A stretch of 64,000 bases of DNA, from assembly GCF_004010195.1 (NCBI RefSeq), contig NC_057719.1, forward strand, positions 8,754,066-8,818,065, in the 5' to 3' direction. The notes below the pieces were generated by a model that did no database searches, was not told the origin of the DNA, and saw only the letters and a program-made list of their open reading frames with translations. A program made the translations under genes and the position numbers. The stretch comes from Chiloscyllium plagiosum (lineage: Eukaryota). Positions 60,776 to 64,000 of this stretch are shown here, in pieces (the first letter of the stretch is position 1; each line of letters opens with the position of its first letter).

Positions 60776-61429
60776 TATTGGGGAGTGTGCCTACAGTTAC
60801 TTTGCAACCAAGTTCTGCATGTCTCTCCCTGAACCTCTGCACCTCTCCATCTGACTTTACTCCTTTAATAGTATCCAGGAACCTGCCCTCTTCACCATAG
60901 TTTGTTCTATGAACTGTTTTAGTATCTCTTTCTGTGGCTTGGTGCGAAAATCCTGTTTGATGGCCTGTTTAATCCTGTGAAGCACCTCAGGGTGATTTTT
61001 AACCACGTTGTGGGTGCTACGTAAATGCACTGTTGTTTTAACTGCGTACTGCAGTGCTCTGCTTGAAATACTCCAAGCAAGCGTGACACCTCCAAAGCAC
61101 TCAAAAAAAATGAACAATTCACATCAACTTGACTGATGATGCATGATAAATTAAGCATTGATTTTTACTTCAGCAGTGAGTTATTTAGGGCTTTGTCAAG
61201 AATGAAGAAATACCTATCAGTTTATTTAGTCTGTGGGTTTCTTTTTAGGACTCTGGAATTAAAAAGTTTTAAAGCTTTAGAAACAAATTGTAGACTTTGT
61301 TGCGTTCGGTTTATCATCTATTTCACCCACTTTTGCTTCCTGTGTCAATCCAGACCATCAGCAACTTGGGCCAAGGTGATGGTGACAAAGCTCAAGCACA
61401 GTTCAATTTCCCTCTTGGTTCACAAAATT

Positions 61430-62075
61430 AGAATCCCTCAGGAATCACAGAATCCCTACAGTGAGGAAGCAAGCCATTCGGCCCATCAAGTCTACAAGGA
61501 ACCTCCTACCCAGACTCACCCCATCCCTGTAACCTTGCACTTCCCCTGGCTAACCCACACAGCCTGCACATCCCTGAACACTAGGGGGCAATTTAGCATG
61601 GGCAATCCACCTGACCTGCATACAGAACAAAGAAAATTTACAGCCCAAGAACAGGCCCTACGGCCCTCCAAGCCTGAGCCAATCCAAATCCACTGTCTAA
61701 ACCTGTTGCCCAATTCCAAAGCATTTGTATCCCTCTGCTCCCCACCTACTCATGCATATGTCCAGACGCATCTGAAATGAATCTACTGGACCTGCCTCTA
61801 CTACCAACGCGGTCCAGGCACCTACCACCCTTTGTGTAACATCTTTGGATCGTTGGAGGGAGCCCATGCAGACACTGGGTTAATGTATAAACTCCACACA
61901 GAGTTCAAGGGAAAGGACGCTCAATCCAAGACATTAACTCCGATTTCTCTCCACAGATGCTGCCAGGCCGGCTGAGCAATTCCAGCAATCTCTTTCTTTG
62001 TTTCCACACAGACAGTGGCCTGAGGTTGGAGTTGAACCTGGGTCCTTGGCACTATGAGGCAGTAGTGCTAACTAC
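61430..62075 (-). mobile_element. HE1-type V-SINE with nested CR1 3' end (61621-61838) and nested PLE terminus (61903-62002)
   Basis: SINE resumes after each insert; TCCACACAGA duplicated at 61893-61902 and 62003-62012. Confidence 0.82.
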
Positions 62076-62217
62076 TGATCCACCATGCTACTCATGGAGG
62101 AAGGCTACTCTGTCTGCAGTGTTTTAGCACTTCTGATGCAGTAAGCCATCTAAGGGTGCATCACAGGAACATAATCAAGCAGTTTCTCCATTGAGGAGCC
62201 TTGTTGGGTTTCTTCTA

Positions 62218-62500
62218 GGGGGAAGCTGATGGTTTTATCACGAGCGTGTTAATACTGAAACTCAGGTTAGGGTCAGGGCCAGCCAGACCTGGGGTCAAAT
62301 TCCATCATAGCACATGGTTGAATTTAAATTCAATAAATATCTAGAATGGAGCATCTAAATGATGACCACTGGGGGACTTCTGCCATCCTTACCCGGTCTG
62401 GCCTACATGTAACTCCAGACCCACAGCAAACTGGTTGACTCTTCACTGCTCTGGCCAATTAGGGATGGGCTATAAATGCTGGCCTAGCCAGCAATCCCCT
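62218..62500 (+). mobile_element. MetaSINE-like SINE
   Basis: CTGCCATCCTTACCCGGTCTGGCCTACATGTAACTCCAGACCCACAGCAA plus tail. Confidence 0.72.
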
Positions 62501-63089
62501 CCTCCACCCACCCCCACCACCGCGCAGCTTATAAATGAAACTGAAAAAAAAAATTAAGTTGAAAATCCAGAGGCATGAAATAACATCTCTTGACTAGTTG
62601 CTTAGAAATATCTGGAAAAGGCTCTTTGGCCCATCAATTCTGTGCTGACCTATTTACACTACTCCACTTTCCAGTACTTGGCCCTTGGCTTTGAATGTTC
62701 TCACATTTCATGCACTGATCCATATATTCTTAATCTTAAGAACAGCTTTGGTGAGAGAGGTTGGAAATTTCTATTTAACACGATTGAAGTTTAGTCCCCA
62801 CTCTTGCAATTTGATTTGAAATGTCAGTAATATGGTACTTTTAAGTTATTTCAACACACACACACTCACACACACACACTAGGAAATTCAAGAAAATCCT
62901 ATATTCTCACAAGAAGAGAGATTTTATCCAACTTCCCTTCACATTAAATGGCATGACCATTGCTCAATCTCTCATTACCAACATCTTCCAGGTTACCATT
63001 GACCAGCCACTTCACTAGACCAGCCAGGAAGAACATTCCTGGTGGTGGGTGAGTTCCAAACCAGGGATCATTGTTTATGGATAACAAGT

Positions 63090-63335
63090 CACCCTTTAGG
63101 ACTGAGATGAGAAGGAATCTTTTCACCCAGAGAGTGGGGAACCTGTGGAATTCAGTACCACAGAAAGTGGTTGAGACCAAAACATTGTGTTTTCAAGAAG
63201 GAGGTAGATATGACTCTTGTGGTTAAAAAGATTATGGGATGTGGGTGAAGGCACGATTAGGGTATTGAGCTTGATGATCAATCATGGTCACTGAAGCAGT
63301 TGAACAGCCTAACCCTATCTTATACATTTCTACAT
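63090..63335 (+). mobile_element. CR1 3' fragment
   Basis: TTTAGGACTGAGATGAGAAGGAATCTTTTCACCCAGAGAGTGG. Confidence 0.8.
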
Positions 63336-64000
63336 TTCTAATTATATTCTGTGGCTGTAAGGTGGGAATTGTGCAGCAGGTAACTCATCTCCTGACTCCT
63401 CCAAATCTGTCTGCAGTCTACAAGGCACAAGGCAGGGGGGTACGGCACAGGTTCAAGTGGAAACGGATTACTGTCTGTAAAGGAAAGATATGGAGATGGT
63501 GGGGGAATGTCACTGTTATTTTGGAGAGCAGGAACGATGGGCGTAATGGCGTCCTTCTGTGAGTACAATGTGGAAGTCACAACCGTTAAGTTGAATATCA
63601 TTTCGGTTCTTCGTAAATAAGTGTGTGAGGAGAGTCAAGGAAGGTGAACTTCAGTGGGAGATGGCTGCATGGCACCAGTTGTGGACAAGCTGGGCCAGAT
63701 TCACTGTGTTTGTTCTGAAGTTCAGTGCCATGGTGGACAAAAACATGATACATTCACTGCCACCAGGGCACAACGGAGAAAGAGCACTACCTGAGGTCTT
63801 CCTGCTAAAGGTAAATGGGGTCTACTCAGTTATCAGGCTCTCTTAATGCCTCAATGCATGGAGATAAAGTCTTGCATGTGTAAGAGACATCCTTAGTTTA
63901 TTTGCATAGAGTCTGTTTGTTTGTTTCATTGATATACTGTGCAGAACCAAACTCCGTTTGTAACTATGTATGTATGCAAAGATTTTTGGTTTATGAGTAA

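Noticed and set aside
61136..61780. 214-aa ORF
   Set aside because: It runs from AT-rich unique sequence through SINE and CR1 antisense sequence, with no recognisable domain.
2666..62075. Recurrent ORFs such as CGRKPEHPEETHADTGRMCKLHT and GDCLCGVCTFSPCLRGFPPG
   Set aside because: They are translations of the HE1 SINE V-domain, not a gene family.
62262..62280. Telomere-like TCAGGTTAGGGTCAGGG
   Set aside because: Only one true TTAGGG, inside a SINE; too short to be meaningful.

Overview
This is eukaryotic, repeat-dense non-coding DNA, most likely from a shark. That call is inferred from the HE1/V-SINE, Deu-domain SINE and HER1/CR1 repeat complement. I recognise no intact host protein-coding gene. 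Nearly all ORFs in the track are translations of SINE, LINE or Penelope debris. The window holds: more than 20 HE1-type V-SINEs and three other SINE families; many CR1 and Rex1/Babar LINE fragments; three Penelope-like elements (PLEs) with RT or GIY-YIG remnants; about 15 short PLE-terminus insertions, often palindromic, carrying minimal hammerhead-ribozyme motifs (CTGANGA-stemII-GAAA) and clear target-site duplications (TSDs); two copies of an LTR-like repeat; a Tc1/mariner-type MITE; a tRNA-Leu(AAG) pseudogene; two minisatellites; and three assembly gaps. Most notable are the multi-family hammerhead-bearing fold-back mini-elements with a one-sided ~30-35 nt tail, and a 14-bp site in an LTR TATA box that was hit repeatedly by poly(A)-tailed retro-insertions, including Tx1-like ends. 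Family names come from recalled consensus motifs, not database searches. Boundaries are approximate unless a TSD is quoted.
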